Source: a virus (Duplodnaviria; Caudoviricetes). From it: DNA of 31,202 bases. Under the pieces are notes generated by a model. It worked only from the letters and a program-made list of their open reading frames with translations. It made no database searches and was not told the DNA's origin. The translations under genes and the position numbers were made by a program. Shown here in pieces: positions 1 to 9,165 of this stretch. Location: IMG/VR virus record IMGVR_UViG_3300012667_000544, positions 1 through 31,202 of that record; one strand, given 5' to 3'. The stretch's first letter is position 1, and each line of letters begins with the position of its first letter.

Positions 1-2
1 CA

Positions 3-1349
3 TATACTGTTATAGATACCCATATATTTTTCATCAAACATTAGGGTTGCACCATCTGTGTTGGTTTGTAAAAGCTTGGATCCTGGAATCATTAAGAGTA
101 GCTCTTCTACTAACATAGTAATCAATAATTGACCATTGATAGTAGTTTGCATAGTATACTGTGGATCAAATAACCATGAATATTCACTATTACTATTACC
201 ATAACTTGCATTAGCTGCTTCTTTAAACCCTTCAATAATAGCTATGTCTTTGTCTTGTTTTGGTTTAGCTTTCTCAGCTAACCTTACATCTACAATATCA
301 TGTTTATATACTTGAAAGAACTCTGACCCTAAATGGGCCGGATACATTCCATTCATACAAGCTATACTTGGATATAGAGATGCTACATCTAGATCCTTGA
401 TAATAATAGTACCTCCTGCTTTATAAATACCAGTTTCTATACACTGATGTATACCACCGGCACCATAGTCAAAGCTATAACCATTAAAATCCATGGTATA
501 CTTAAAGTCACTTTTTGTATTAGTGATTATCTTACCCTTTAACATTTCATGAAAGCCTTGAAAATCTATAGACTTAAACTCAATATATGGGAATAAAATA
601 TCTTTAATGTTTATACCATTCCTTCTAGTTCTTAGTTGTTTTACTTCATAAGGTTTTCTGCCAGTAGCTTCACAATATAACTTTAGTAATAGCTCACTTC
701 CTAGTTTAGTATTTGAGAAATTATAACAGTTTAACCCATACTTATTTTTAATTCTGTTTCTTACATCAATTAAAGGTTTAGATAAATGTAAAATCTGCTT
801 GGTAGAGACAACATCATTAATACAATAATCTACTACTGTTTGAATTTCTTCTTTTGTAGTAACTAAAGCAGTATGATGTATAGGCATGTCTTGAACATTA
901 GGAGAGTCCATTGAAAATTGGGCCCACTTTAGACTAGTTCTTTTGTTTGCATTATCCCAATGGTTTATCTTAAATACATCTATTTGTTGTATACTAAGTT
1001 TCCATTCAGGATAATCCAAGAATTCATTGTTGTTGGATTTCCTAATGACAGATTGAGCCTGCTCATAGATATGTTTTATTATTTCATTAACAGGAAGGTT
1101 CTTTAACTTTTTATGATTAACAAGAATAAATTCAGTAATCTGAGAGTCAAAAGCCAAACCATTAAATGATATATGCCATTCTTTATGTTCTTTATTATGC
1201 TGTAAGAATTTTACAAAGTCCTCATATTCATTTTGTAACTCATGAATAACAAAGATTTTTTTATCTTCATTCTTCCAATCAATAAATACTGCAACAAAAA
1301 GATTTTTCATGGTTTCATAATCCATGACATAGTTTGTTTTTTTGTCCAT
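3..1349 (-). CDS. polB: Family B DNA polymerase (5' part; truncated by the left window edge)
   Basis: Manual translation (not in the ORF track): ATG at 1349, MDKKTNYVMDYETMK (ExoI DxE), SFNGLAFD (ExoII), DLDVASLYPS (motif A), KEAANASYG (motif B), QTNTDG (motif C); start and motif C are in the same frame. Confidence 0.95.
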   Translation of the reverse strand, partial: MDKKTNYVMDYETMKNLFVAVFIDWKNEDKKIFVIHELQNEYEDFVKFLQHNKEHKEWHISFNGLAFDSQITEFILVNHKKLKNLPVNEIIKHIYEQAQSVIRKSNNNEFLDYPEWKLSIQQIDVFKINHWDNANKRTSLKWAQFSMDSPNVQDMPIHHTALVTTKEEIQTVVDYCINDVVSTKQILHLSKPLIDVRNRIKNKYGLNCYNFSNTKLGSELLLKLYCEATGRKPYEVKQLRTRRNGINIKDILFPYIEFKSIDFQGFHEMLKGKIITNTKSDFKYTMDFNGYSFDYGAGGIHQCIETGIYKAGGTIIIKDLDVASLYPSIACMNGMYPAHLGSEFFQVYKHDIVDVRLAEKAKPKQDKDIAIIEGFKEAANASYGNSNSEYSWLFDPQYTMQTTINGQLLITMLVEELLLMIPGSKLLQTNTDGATLMFDEKYMGIYNSI

Positions 1350-1366
1350 CTTATTAATATTAATAT

Positions 1367-1398
1367 AAAAAAAAGGGAGCAGATTTCTCTACTCCCTA
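1367..1398 (-). terminator. Intrinsic terminator-like hairpin
   Basis: Minus strand AGGGAGTAGA-GAAA-TCTGCTCCCT followed by a T run; one G-U pair. Confidence 0.8.
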
Positions 1399-1416
1399 TT
1401 AACCGCCATGGTTATA

Positions 1417-1842
1417 TTATGGCATGATGATAGAAGGCTTAGGAGCCTCTACTACAGCACCTTGAAAATGTTGCATATAATCAACCTTATCTGCATTTAC
1501 TGCAAAGGATTGAACAAATGCTATAATCTCAGCTTGATCAAGAATAAAATATTTCTGAAGTAATTCAGTCATTCTTCTTTCTTGTTTAACTGTAACTTGT
1601 TGACCAGTTTCCTCATCAACTTTAGGAGTTTTTCTCATTTCAGCATCTCCATTTTCATTTACTTTAGCAAACATAGCATACTCATTTCTCTTAAATGTAG
1701 AGGTAATCTCTAGAGCTTTTTTATCTCTGTTAAATACTACATCTAAGTAAGGGCAATCATTGCTTGCTGGAATCATTCTAAATGTATTAGAATCAGGAGA
1801 CCAAGGTGCTGTTACTAACAGCATTGTTTTTAAATTTGTCAT
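1417..1842 (-). CDS. Hypothetical protein
   Basis: 141-aa ORF in the operon direction, followed by a terminator. Confidence 0.85.
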   Translation of the reverse strand: MTNLKTMLLVTAPWSPDSNTFRMIPASNDCPYLDVVFNRDKKALEITSTFKRNEYAMFAKVNENGDAEMRKTPKVDEETGQQVTVKQERRMTELLQKYFILDQAEIIAFVQSFAVNADKVDYMQHFQGAVVEAPKPSIIMP

Positions 1843-1868
1843 TTTCTAGTTGGTTTAATTTTCACAAA

Positions 1869-2435
1869 TTAAATCAATTTTGAGGTGAATTCCAAATTTT
1901 TTATACTAGTTCTAAGAGTTTCTCTATCAAAATCAACAAGAGAACAAAGTTCCCCTACCTCTTTTAATACAGACTCATTTATCCCTATCATTTCAGAGTA
2001 CATTTTATAGTACTTTTCAGGATACATATAACTTTCAATATAAGCATAGTTAGAGTTAGTTCTACCGTAAAAGTTTTCTATTCTTCTTTTATAGTCACTA
2101 CTAAGCTTTGAATATTTACCAGATAAAATGCATTCCCAATCTTTAGAATAGGGGCTAAAATCAAAAACATAAACTCCTTTATTATCTTCAACCTGTTTGA
2201 AGTCATAAAAAAGTTTATTACCTAGTAATTTTTCTTTTTCAAACTGTGTAAATTCTGCATCATCTCTAAGATGATAGTGACAGATAAATTTTCTATCACT
2301 TAAACTATACTGGTTTTCCCAGCTCAGGTAAGTTTCAATAGGGGTTACACTAGAACCCCTCTTTATTTCCAATAGAGGGTACATAAATACCCTGCTTTTT
2401 TGGAAATAGTTTTTGTACAATGATTTTATGGCCAT
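1869..2435 (-). CDS. Hypothetical phage protein
   Basis: 188-aa ORF, co-oriented and closely packed. Confidence 0.85.
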   Translation of the reverse strand: MAIKSLYKNYFQKSRVFMYPLLEIKRGSSVTPIETYLSWENQYSLSDRKFICHYHLRDDAEFTQFEKEKLLGNKLFYDFKQVEDNKGVYVFDFSPYSKDWECILSGKYSKLSSDYKRRIENFYGRTNSNYAYIESYMYPEKYYKMYSEMIGINESVLKEVGELCSLVDFDRETLRTSIKNLEFTSKLI

Positions 2436-2445
2436 AATTATAAAT

Positions 2446-3474
2446 TTACAAAATTACTTGACTTGTAGCAAAGTTGTAAGGTAAACTATAATTATTATTC
2501 TTGTAATGCCAGTACATTTCATTTAATCTATCTGAAAGCTCAAAATCCCATATTTCTAAGGTGGTATCTGATACTTTAAAACAGTATACTTGATTGTACT
2601 TATCTATAACTATAAAGTTAAATACAACAGTCCATTCAGGAGTAATAATATGTTTATATACTTCTTTGACAAGTCTTGTGTAAATAGCTGCCTGGATACT
2701 GTAGTTATAGAATTTTACAGTTTCTGGGAAGTCTGTAATGGTCTTACCAGTGGTCTTTAAGTCATTGATATAAATAATCTTCTTATCATGATTGATTTGA
2801 ATACTATCTGCAACACCTTTAAGACCTATGTTATCTATTCCTACTGCATCTGAAGACAGTTCTATTTCATTAAACATGTCTATGTTTTCCATCTCTGATC
2901 TGTATAACCCTAGTAATTCACAAACTTTAGTGTCTGCTTTTAATAAGGTTACTGCTTCATTACATCTTTGTAATGTCTCTGAATCTATAAGGTCTCTATT
3001 ACCTTTAGATTTTAAGAATTCAAAATAACTAATAGTTTCTTCTGTAATAATCTTTGATAGTCTTTGATCATCTGTTTTGAGTGACTGGTGTAAATTGATT
3101 TCTTTAAGTATCTCTAGAATCTCCTTATTCATGTCAGTAAGTGCTAAGTCACTGGCTGGTTGAGGATCCATAGCTTTTACTATGCTGTGAATTCTATCAA
3201 TAACTAATCTTGAGTTGCCTGTTGGGAGAGTTGATGGTAAAAGTATGAAATTTTCATCAAATGAACCATCATTTAATAATAACCCATGGATAACTTTTCC
3301 ATCAATAAGATGTGAGTCAGTTCTATCTTCTCTTTGTTTAAGGATATAATGATTGTAAAACATCTTTGGTGAATACAATAATTTGTTTAAACCTGAATAA
3401 CTTATGTTAAAAGGTTTTGAGTAAAACTCCTGCTCTAATTCAGCAGGAGTCTTTGTATTAGGTATTTCTATCAT
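2446..3474 (-). CDS. PD-(D/E)XK exonuclease (RecE/exonuclease VIII-like)
   Basis: ISYSGL N-terminal motif, G..IH, KGVAD..., DLKTT and Y.IQAAIY motifs. Confidence 0.85.
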   Translation of the reverse strand: MIEIPNTKTPAELEQEFYSKPFNISYSGLNKLLYSPKMFYNHYILKQREDRTDSHLIDGKVIHGLLLNDGSFDENFILLPSTLPTGNSRLVIDRIHSIVKAMDPQPASDLALTDMNKEILEILKEINLHQSLKTDDQRLSKIITEETISYFEFLKSKGNRDLIDSETLQRCNEAVTLLKADTKVCELLGLYRSEMENIDMFNEIELSSDAVGIDNIGLKGVADSIQINHDKKIIYINDLKTTGKTITDFPETVKFYNYSIQAAIYTRLVKEVYKHIITPEWTVVFNFIVIDKYNQVYCFKVSDTTLEIWDFELSDRLNEMYWHYKNNNYSLPYNFATSQVIL

Positions 3475-4667
3475 GAATAAAAATTGTTTAAGGTTATTTC
3501 TGGTGTAGGTATTTCTGGTATTTCTGGTTCAGGCTCCTGAACTGGTAAAGCTACTACATCATGCTTAGCCATTGCTTTCTCTACCTCATCAGAATGAGTA
3601 ACTCCGGTTGCTTTAAAGTAGTCAGTTTCACCAGATTGATAAACTTCTTCAATAGCAAAAGGCATAATTAATGCAAGGTTTTCCCTAGTCATTATATCTT
3701 TTTTAATAAGAATTTTAACTATATCATCAAAGCTCATATAATCTCTAACAGTTATATCAAAAAACTTTAAAAAACTTTTAAAGTTTATATGATTTTTCAT
3801 ATCAGAGTTATACATTTTATTTTTATAATCTTTAACTAAGAATAGTAAGTAGATAGCAGATTTTAAATAATCACAATTAGCCATAGATTCCATAGCTACT
3901 CTATGATTACTATTATCATCACTTTCAAATAAATTCTTCATCCCTTCATAGATTTCTTTATCCATTACAAGTTCTGAATTTAACAGGCTTACCAAAGCAG
4001 ATTCATCATAAACATTACCATGATTTAATAATGTTAAATAGTCAGCTTCTTGTGTAGAATTTTCAAAATAATAAAAAGTACTATCTGAATCATATTCTAT
4101 TAATGTTTCATCAAATGGTATAATTTTATCATCATCATCATAGTTCTCAAGATCAGATCTTTCTAAAAATTCATATTTAGGTCCTTTAAAAGCTCCATAA
4201 TTTTTAATTTGATATATAAAACTACTATTTATAAGTACAAAATTAGCTGGTGAATTTTCTATATCTCTTATAAGTTCAGAAAGTTCATTACCATTATATC
4301 TTATTTTAACCTCAGCAAGATATTTTAACATTGCTCTTTTTGTAACAGAACAACCATAATCAAGTTTTTCAAAATAAGAATCTTTTATATTATCTTCATT
4401 AGTAAACCATATATTAGCTGTGTCTTTAAACTTTGCTACTGATAAATTGTTGGTTTCACAGAAACCCTTTACCTTAAATCTAGGTATATTACAATCAGGA
4501 AATATATATAACCTGTCTTTTGCAACAGGAACATATAAACCTTTAAGAACTTTTAATGAAGGACTTTCATTAAATACTTCTAAACTTTTGTATTCTAAAG
4601 TATTAGAATAACTATTATCCTTTATAGGTATCTTCTCTATATAGATACATTGTTCTTTATTGATCAT
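3471..4667 (-). CDS. Hypothetical protein carrying the shared MoxR-module domain; possible BRCT-like N-terminal region
   Basis: 398-aa ORF; segment LVMDKEIYEGMKNLFESDD...NCDYLKSAIYLLFL aligns with two neighbouring proteins. Confidence 0.85.
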   Translation of the reverse strand: MINKEQCIYIEKIPIKDNSYSNTLEYKSLEVFNESPSLKVLKGLYVPVAKDRLYIFPDCNIPRFKVKGFCETNNLSVAKFKDTANIWFTNEDNIKDSYFEKLDYGCSVTKRAMLKYLAEVKIRYNGNELSELIRDIENSPANFVLINSSFIYQIKNYGAFKGPKYEFLERSDLENYDDDDKIIPFDETLIEYDSDSTFYYFENSTQEADYLTLLNHGNVYDESALVSLLNSELVMDKEIYEGMKNLFESDDNSNHRVAMESMANCDYLKSAIYLLFLVKDYKNKMYNSDMKNHINFKSFLKFFDITVRDYMSFDDIVKILIKKDIMTRENLALIMPFAIEEVYQSGETDYFKATGVTHSDEVEKAMAKHDVVALPVQEPEPEIPEIPTPEITLNNFYS

Positions 4668-5142
4668 ATTTAGTAATTTTTATAGGTTCAACATTTAAAG
4701 CTAAGTGCTTATATTTTTCTTTTACAGTTATTACTACATCATAGAAAGTATTAGAACATTGAGTTTCAGTTCTTTCTATAATCTCCTCTTCTAGTTTTTG
4801 ATAAATCTCAGGAGTTAACCATCCTTGTGTATTAAGAAATTCAGCAAAAGGTCTTTCAGATTTTTGAGATATATGAAATAATCTTGAGTGATCTCTAAAG
4901 TTTCTACTAGCTTTAGTTCTTAGATTAACCATTCTATTTGCATACCAAGACTTTCTTGATAATTGCCATATCCAATAAATTGATTTCTCAATGTCACAGG
5001 TATTTAAGATTAACTGAGCCATTTTCCAGTCAGCTTCATCATTACTACTTAACATTTTAGCCAATGATTGACCTATTTCTTCATTTAATACAACAGCCTC
5101 TCCCTTTACAGGAGAAGCTGTTATTACTTTTTTGTCTTCCAT
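4657..5142 (-). CDS. Hypothetical protein carrying the shared MoxR-module domain
   Basis: 161-aa ORF; VVLNEEIGQSLAKMLSSNDEAD...TCDIEKSIYWIWQL. Confidence 0.85.
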   Translation of the reverse strand: MEDKKVITASPVKGEAVVLNEEIGQSLAKMLSSNDEADWKMAQLILNTCDIEKSIYWIWQLSRKSWYANRMVNLRTKASRNFRDHSRLFHISQKSERPFAEFLNTQGWLTPEIYQKLEEEIIERTETQCSNTFYDVVITVKEKYKHLALNVEPIKITKYDQ

Positions 5143-5145
5143 AAT

Positions 5146-6330
5146 TTATTTCATTGCCATTTTAACTACTTCTGCATTTAACATTAATTTCTGAAACTTA
5201 GCCTTGTTTGCATTGATTACTTTCTTCACAATGATATATTTTAAGTCATTAGTGAATACTTCACCTGTACAGAACTTAGTTAATCTTTCTGTAACAGCTG
5301 GTGTAATTGTGTTGTTCTCTGCATAGTTAGTAGTGAAGTTAATTAACCTTGTGGCTAATACACTTGCAATATCAGCTCTATAATCAGGACCTACACCAAT
5401 GCAGCTATTTAACTCACCAATGATATAAGATTCATTTTGGTGTAACAACATGTCTTTAGGAGTTACTAACTTATCTAATTTATTATTAATAAATGTAGTA
5501 AAGAAAGTACTAAAGTTTGGATTAGTGGTTGCCTCACCTAACTGCTGAATCAATGGTAACTGATCTGCAAAATTATCAATAGACATCAATGAGTTAAAGA
5601 ACATGGTTACAGTTCTTGCATTGATATCTTCAGCATCCATTAATTCTGGGTGTAATAACAAGAAGTTGATACATCTTGAGTCAATACCAGTCTTCTCTGC
5701 ATATCTAGCCCAAACATCTACATCAAACTTGAAGTTTACATTAATAACCCTAGTCTTTTGTGCACCATCCATTGCTGATACAGAATAATTACCATTATCA
5801 GGATTAGAAGTTAAGATAATCATAGAACCTTTAGGTAAACACCAGTTATTATAACATTGTGTCTCTAATAAGGTCATAGTAGCTTGAATGAATTTCTCAC
5901 TTGCTCTACTATAATCATCTAATAATAAAATCATTGGTGTTTCTTTACCATGAATCCACTCTGGAGCAGCATGAGTCATTCTCTTTTCTCCTGTTGGTTT
6001 AAAACCTCCTTGGATATACTGAGGAATTGCTCCTTCTACTACCCAGCGGATACTGTTATCTTTACCTTTCATCTCATGCTCTTTACATGGATAACCTACT
6101 AAGTCAGATACATCTTCTAACTCTGCTAAGTTCTTTCTAACTAATTCCATTCCTAGTTCATTAGCTAATTGCAAGATAGTAGAAGTCTTACCACCACCTG
6201 CTTCACCTTCTACATTTACTGCCTGTACAGGTAAACCTTTTTCAGTTAATAACTGATTATTTTTATATATATAATTTAAGAATGATTTTAATTCTTCTGA
6301 GTTTAAGCTGATTTTGTTTGTTGTTGACAT
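5146..6330 (-). CDS. MoxR-type AAA+ ATPase
   Basis: Walker A GEAGGGKT, Walker B LLLDDYSRA, sensor-1 LTSNP, arginine-finger region MDGAQKTR; adjacent to a VWA gene. Confidence 0.88.
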   Translation of the reverse strand: MSTTNKISLNSEELKSFLNYIYKNNQLLTEKGLPVQAVNVEGEAGGGKTSTILQLANELGMELVRKNLAELEDVSDLVGYPCKEHEMKGKDNSIRWVVEGAIPQYIQGGFKPTGEKRMTHAAPEWIHGKETPMILLLDDYSRASEKFIQATMTLLETQCYNNWCLPKGSMIILTSNPDNGNYSVSAMDGAQKTRVINVNFKFDVDVWARYAEKTGIDSRCINFLLLHPELMDAEDINARTVTMFFNSLMSIDNFADQLPLIQQLGEATTNPNFSTFFTTFINNKLDKLVTPKDMLLHQNESYIIGELNSCIGVGPDYRADIASVLATRLINFTTNYAENNTITPAVTERLTKFCTGEVFTNDLKYIIVKKVINANKAKFQKLMLNAEVVKMAMK

Positions 6331-6350
6331 ATACTTTATTTTTTTTATTA

Positions 6351-7583
6351 TTAATTTAATTGAATTTGTAGTCCTTGTAAATCTTCATTTAGACCATTAG
6401 ATTGACTTGATATTACCCATAGTACTGGACCTCTACATCTATCTGGTGCTGGAGCTTCTCCATCAGTAAGATAAATTAAACAATTATACTTCTTAGTATT
6501 TTGGTCATAGTAATCTGTTACTGGGTGAAAGCTAGTGCCTCCTCTACCATGTATTTCAAAATCCTTCTTAGGATCAAATTTACCTATATAAGATATAGAA
6601 CTATCACATTGAATAATAGTAACATCAGTTCCTGTTCTATTAATATGATATATCTCATTTAAGAATTCTTTTAGTTCATCAGTACTCACTGAGCCTGATG
6701 TATCTACAGCTAAAAGAATATGTCTTCTGTGTTTGTGTTTTAAACCTGGATTCTCAATAAATCTGAAATTAGGTTTATGTCTTGACATCTTAGTAAATGT
6801 CTTGATGGAACCACCAACAAATCTTCTTAAATATCCTCTCCAATTAAATTTAGGAGGTTCTATTTGAGATAATCTACTAATGATCTCAGCCATCTCTCCA
6901 GGGATTGTTCCCCTAGATTTTGTTACTTGATCTACAACTTCTTTTAAGATGTGTTCAGTCTGTGTTTTAATCAACTTCTTAGTTGCTTCATCTAATCCTT
7001 CAAACTCTGACCATGTACTATGATCAGGAACATTTACTTCAACTTCACCTTTTCCATTAATACTTACTTGTACTTTAATCTGACCTTCTCCTTCTCCTTC
7101 ACAATCACCTGCTCCTAGTACTTTATCTAGATTAGGACAAGTTCCTGAGTTTTGTGCAGCCTGCATTAACTTATCATAATAATACTGAGTACCTCTTTTA
7201 GGTTCTAAGTTTAGTTCTGGAAAAGTCTCTAGTAACATTGGCCCTGGAGGTAGATGATCTTTATCAATATATTGATTGATCTCAATATCCATAGCAATGT
7301 TGGATACTTTTCTATCAGTTAAGTGCTCATAATCTGTAATGTGAAAGAATGCAATATGCAATAGCTCATGTTTTAATAAGCCTATATGCTGTTTTGCTTC
7401 TAGTTCATTCCAGAACTCTTCATTAAGATATAACTGATAGTTAACACCTAATCTACTTACACCTGCTGTGGGTACTTTTGTACTCCATTGTTTGTTCAAC
7501 ATAATGAGAAAGAGACCATAAAATGGTTCCTTCAGCATTAGATCTTTACTAGCCTTGGCTAACTCTTCACTTTTGTTTTTCAT
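6351..7583 (-). CDS. Metallopeptidase-like (HExxH) plus VWA domain protein (DUF2201-type)
   Basis: HELLH motif, MIDAS AVDTSGS, GRGGTSF, YLTDGE. Confidence 0.9.
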   Translation of the reverse strand: MKNKSEELAKASKDLMLKEPFYGLFLIMLNKQWSTKVPTAGVSRLGVNYQLYLNEEFWNELEAKQHIGLLKHELLHIAFFHITDYEHLTDRKVSNIAMDIEINQYIDKDHLPPGPMLLETFPELNLEPKRGTQYYYDKLMQAAQNSGTCPNLDKVLGAGDCEGEGEGQIKVQVSINGKGEVEVNVPDHSTWSEFEGLDEATKKLIKTQTEHILKEVVDQVTKSRGTIPGEMAEIISRLSQIEPPKFNWRGYLRRFVGGSIKTFTKMSRHKPNFRFIENPGLKHKHRRHILLAVDTSGSVSTDELKEFLNEIYHINRTGTDVTIIQCDSSISYIGKFDPKKDFEIHGRGGTSFHPVTDYYDQNTKKYNCLIYLTDGEAPAPDRCRGPVLWVISSQSNGLNEDLQGLQIQLN

Positions 7584-8025
7584 TATCTTTAACTTTTATA
7601 AATTTTAATGTAAACTCTAAATCATCTACAAAGTCAAATGCTTTTTGTAAACCCTCTTTTAAGAACTTACTAAAGTCTGCCAAAAAAAAATTTAAACATT
7701 CTTCTTTGTTAGGTTGAGTTTTAATGACCTCAAGTATATGAGCATGTTTGATCATATTATTAGTAGGTTCAAAACCTAAAGATCCATGATAGTCTAGTAC
7801 TTTTTGGCAATTAGCTTTCCACATAGAATATGAAGCATTAGCGTTTTTTCTTAAAAATAATGTATAGATTAAAGATTTCTTTTGATCTACATTATTAAGA
7901 CATTCAAAAGCTACTATTTTATCTTCATCATCTCCATTAAACATACTTAGCAAAGTATCATAAGATTCAGTATCTAAAACCAGTTTATCTTTTAGTCCTC
8001 TATTTTTAATGTTCTTGTCATCCAT
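7567..8025 (-). CDS. Hypothetical protein carrying the shared MoxR-module domain
   Basis: 152-aa ORF; LVLDTESYDTLLSMFNGDDED...NVDQKKSLIYTLFL. Confidence 0.85.
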   Translation of the reverse strand: MDDKNIKNRGLKDKLVLDTESYDTLLSMFNGDDEDKIVAFECLNNVDQKKSLIYTLFLRKNANASYSMWKANCQKVLDYHGSLGFEPTNNMIKHAHILEVIKTQPNKEECLNFFLADFSKFLKEGLQKAFDFVDDLEFTLKFIKVKDNEKQK

Positions 8026-8336
8026 GTTGTTTTTGTATTATTTACTATATTATCCATCCATTCCTTTGCTGAAGGAATATAATTATTACAGTCTTCTTTG
8101 ACATGTTGTTCTCCAATGTATCTTATGTATACTCTTTTACCTACAGAGTTAATCATAAATTTTCCAAAGATTTCTTCCAATTGAAAGATACCTTCAGAGT
8201 GGTGCCTAAACATCCTGTGATAGGAGTGACCTACCCAAGCTTTAGTTTCATCAAACCATTCATGATATTTTAAATACTCATCAGGTTCCCCTCCCCACTT
8301 TTTTGAGGATGAAATACTATGTGCATATGGATGCAT
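7992..8336 (-). CDS. His-rich protein, probably DUF6915 family
   Basis: HPY.HS.SS.KKWGG...H.WFDETK...HR..RHH.EGIF...EQHV.ED pattern recognised from memory. Confidence 0.7.
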   Translation of the reverse strand: MHPYAHSISSSKKWGGEPDEYLKYHEWFDETKAWVGHSYHRMFRHHSEGIFQLEEIFGKFMINSVGKRVYIRYIGEQHVKEDCNNYIPSAKEWMDNIVNNTKTTWMTRTLKIED

Positions 8337-8369
8337 TTTTTTTCTAATTTTAAATTTTAATAAAATAAT

Positions 8370-8780
8370 TTAGTCTTTTGACTGTAATTCCTCTCCTGTT
8401 AAAACAAAGTAAAGATTTTGTAGTTGATGGACATACTTAAACTTAAATCTTGCTGATTCAATTGATTTATCTCTATCTGGTTTATACCATATAAAACCAT
8501 ACCCTACAAAATCACAAAAAGCATTTGAGGGAAAGATTGAAAATAAATCATTTAGATTATAGCTTATTGTTCTTGGCATATCATCTCTTCCCCATTTTTT
8601 AAAACCAAACTTCAATAACCATTCCTCTGTTAGTGGGATTGGTTCAAGCAATATTTTGTTTTCTTCAAGATTTACTAAATCTTTTGAACTGACCTTGTGT
8701 GAAAGTTCTTTAATATTTATAGCTAAAGCAGGAGTGCTCCATTCTACATAATTACCTATTCTTAATTCTTGTGCTTTCAT
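8370..8780 (-). CDS. Conserved Bacteroidota phage hypothetical protein (inserted cassette)
   Basis: MKAQELRIGN...PIPLTEEWLLKFGF...YVHQLQNLYF.LTGEEL; start placed at ATG 8780 rather than 8801. Confidence 0.8.
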   Translation of the reverse strand: MKAQELRIGNYVEWSTPALAINIKELSHKVSSKDLVNLEENKILLEPIPLTEEWLLKFGFKKWGRDDMPRTISYNLNDLFSIFPSNAFCDFVGYGFIWYKPDRDKSIESARFKFKYVHQLQNLYFVLTGEELQSKD

Positions 8781-8790
8781 GGTATATTTT

Positions 8791-8814
8791 TTAATGATCA
8801 TATGGATGAGACAT
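8791..8814 (-). pseudogene. Truncated 5' duplicate of the 7992..8336 gene (MSHPYDH*)
   Basis: ATGTCTCATCCATATGATCATTAA coupled by TAATG to the upstream gene; shares CATCCATATGnnCAT with the start of 7992..8336. Confidence 0.6.
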
Positions 8815-9164
8815 TAATCTTGAATTAAATTACCTTCATGATGATAATCTTCAGTTTCTGTAATGTAGATATGACTTTCTATACTATAAGTATTTTCTGA
8901 AATAAACATATTAAGTACACCATATCCACCATCATTATTCCACCAATCTTCTATATTACTTAAAATATTATCAGCATAATTTCTTAGTTTTTCATGAACT
9001 TCTTCATGTTCTTCTTCTATTTTGACAACTTCACCTGCTTTATTATAATAAGTAATATCATCTATATCACCACTGTCTCCTGACCCTGAATATTCAATTT
9101 TTACTTCATCTACACCTAAATCTTTAAGTTCTAATATAACTTCACTATTTTTTAAATTACTCAT
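8814..9164 (-). CDS. Acidic protein, probably DUF6878 family
   Basis: LKDLGV..V.IEYSGSGDSG.ID and W.NNDGGYG motifs. Confidence 0.7.
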   Translation of the reverse strand: MSNLKNSEVILELKDLGVDEVKIEYSGSGDSGDIDDITYYNKAGEVVKIEEEHEEVHEKLRNYADNILSNIEDWWNNDGGYGVLNMFISENTYSIESHIYITETEDYHHEGNLIQD

Positions 9165-9165
9165 A

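Noticed and set aside
1865-1872. Promoter-like TTAATTTG upstream of 1842
   Set aside because: Mismatch at the conserved A of TAnnTTTG; not called.
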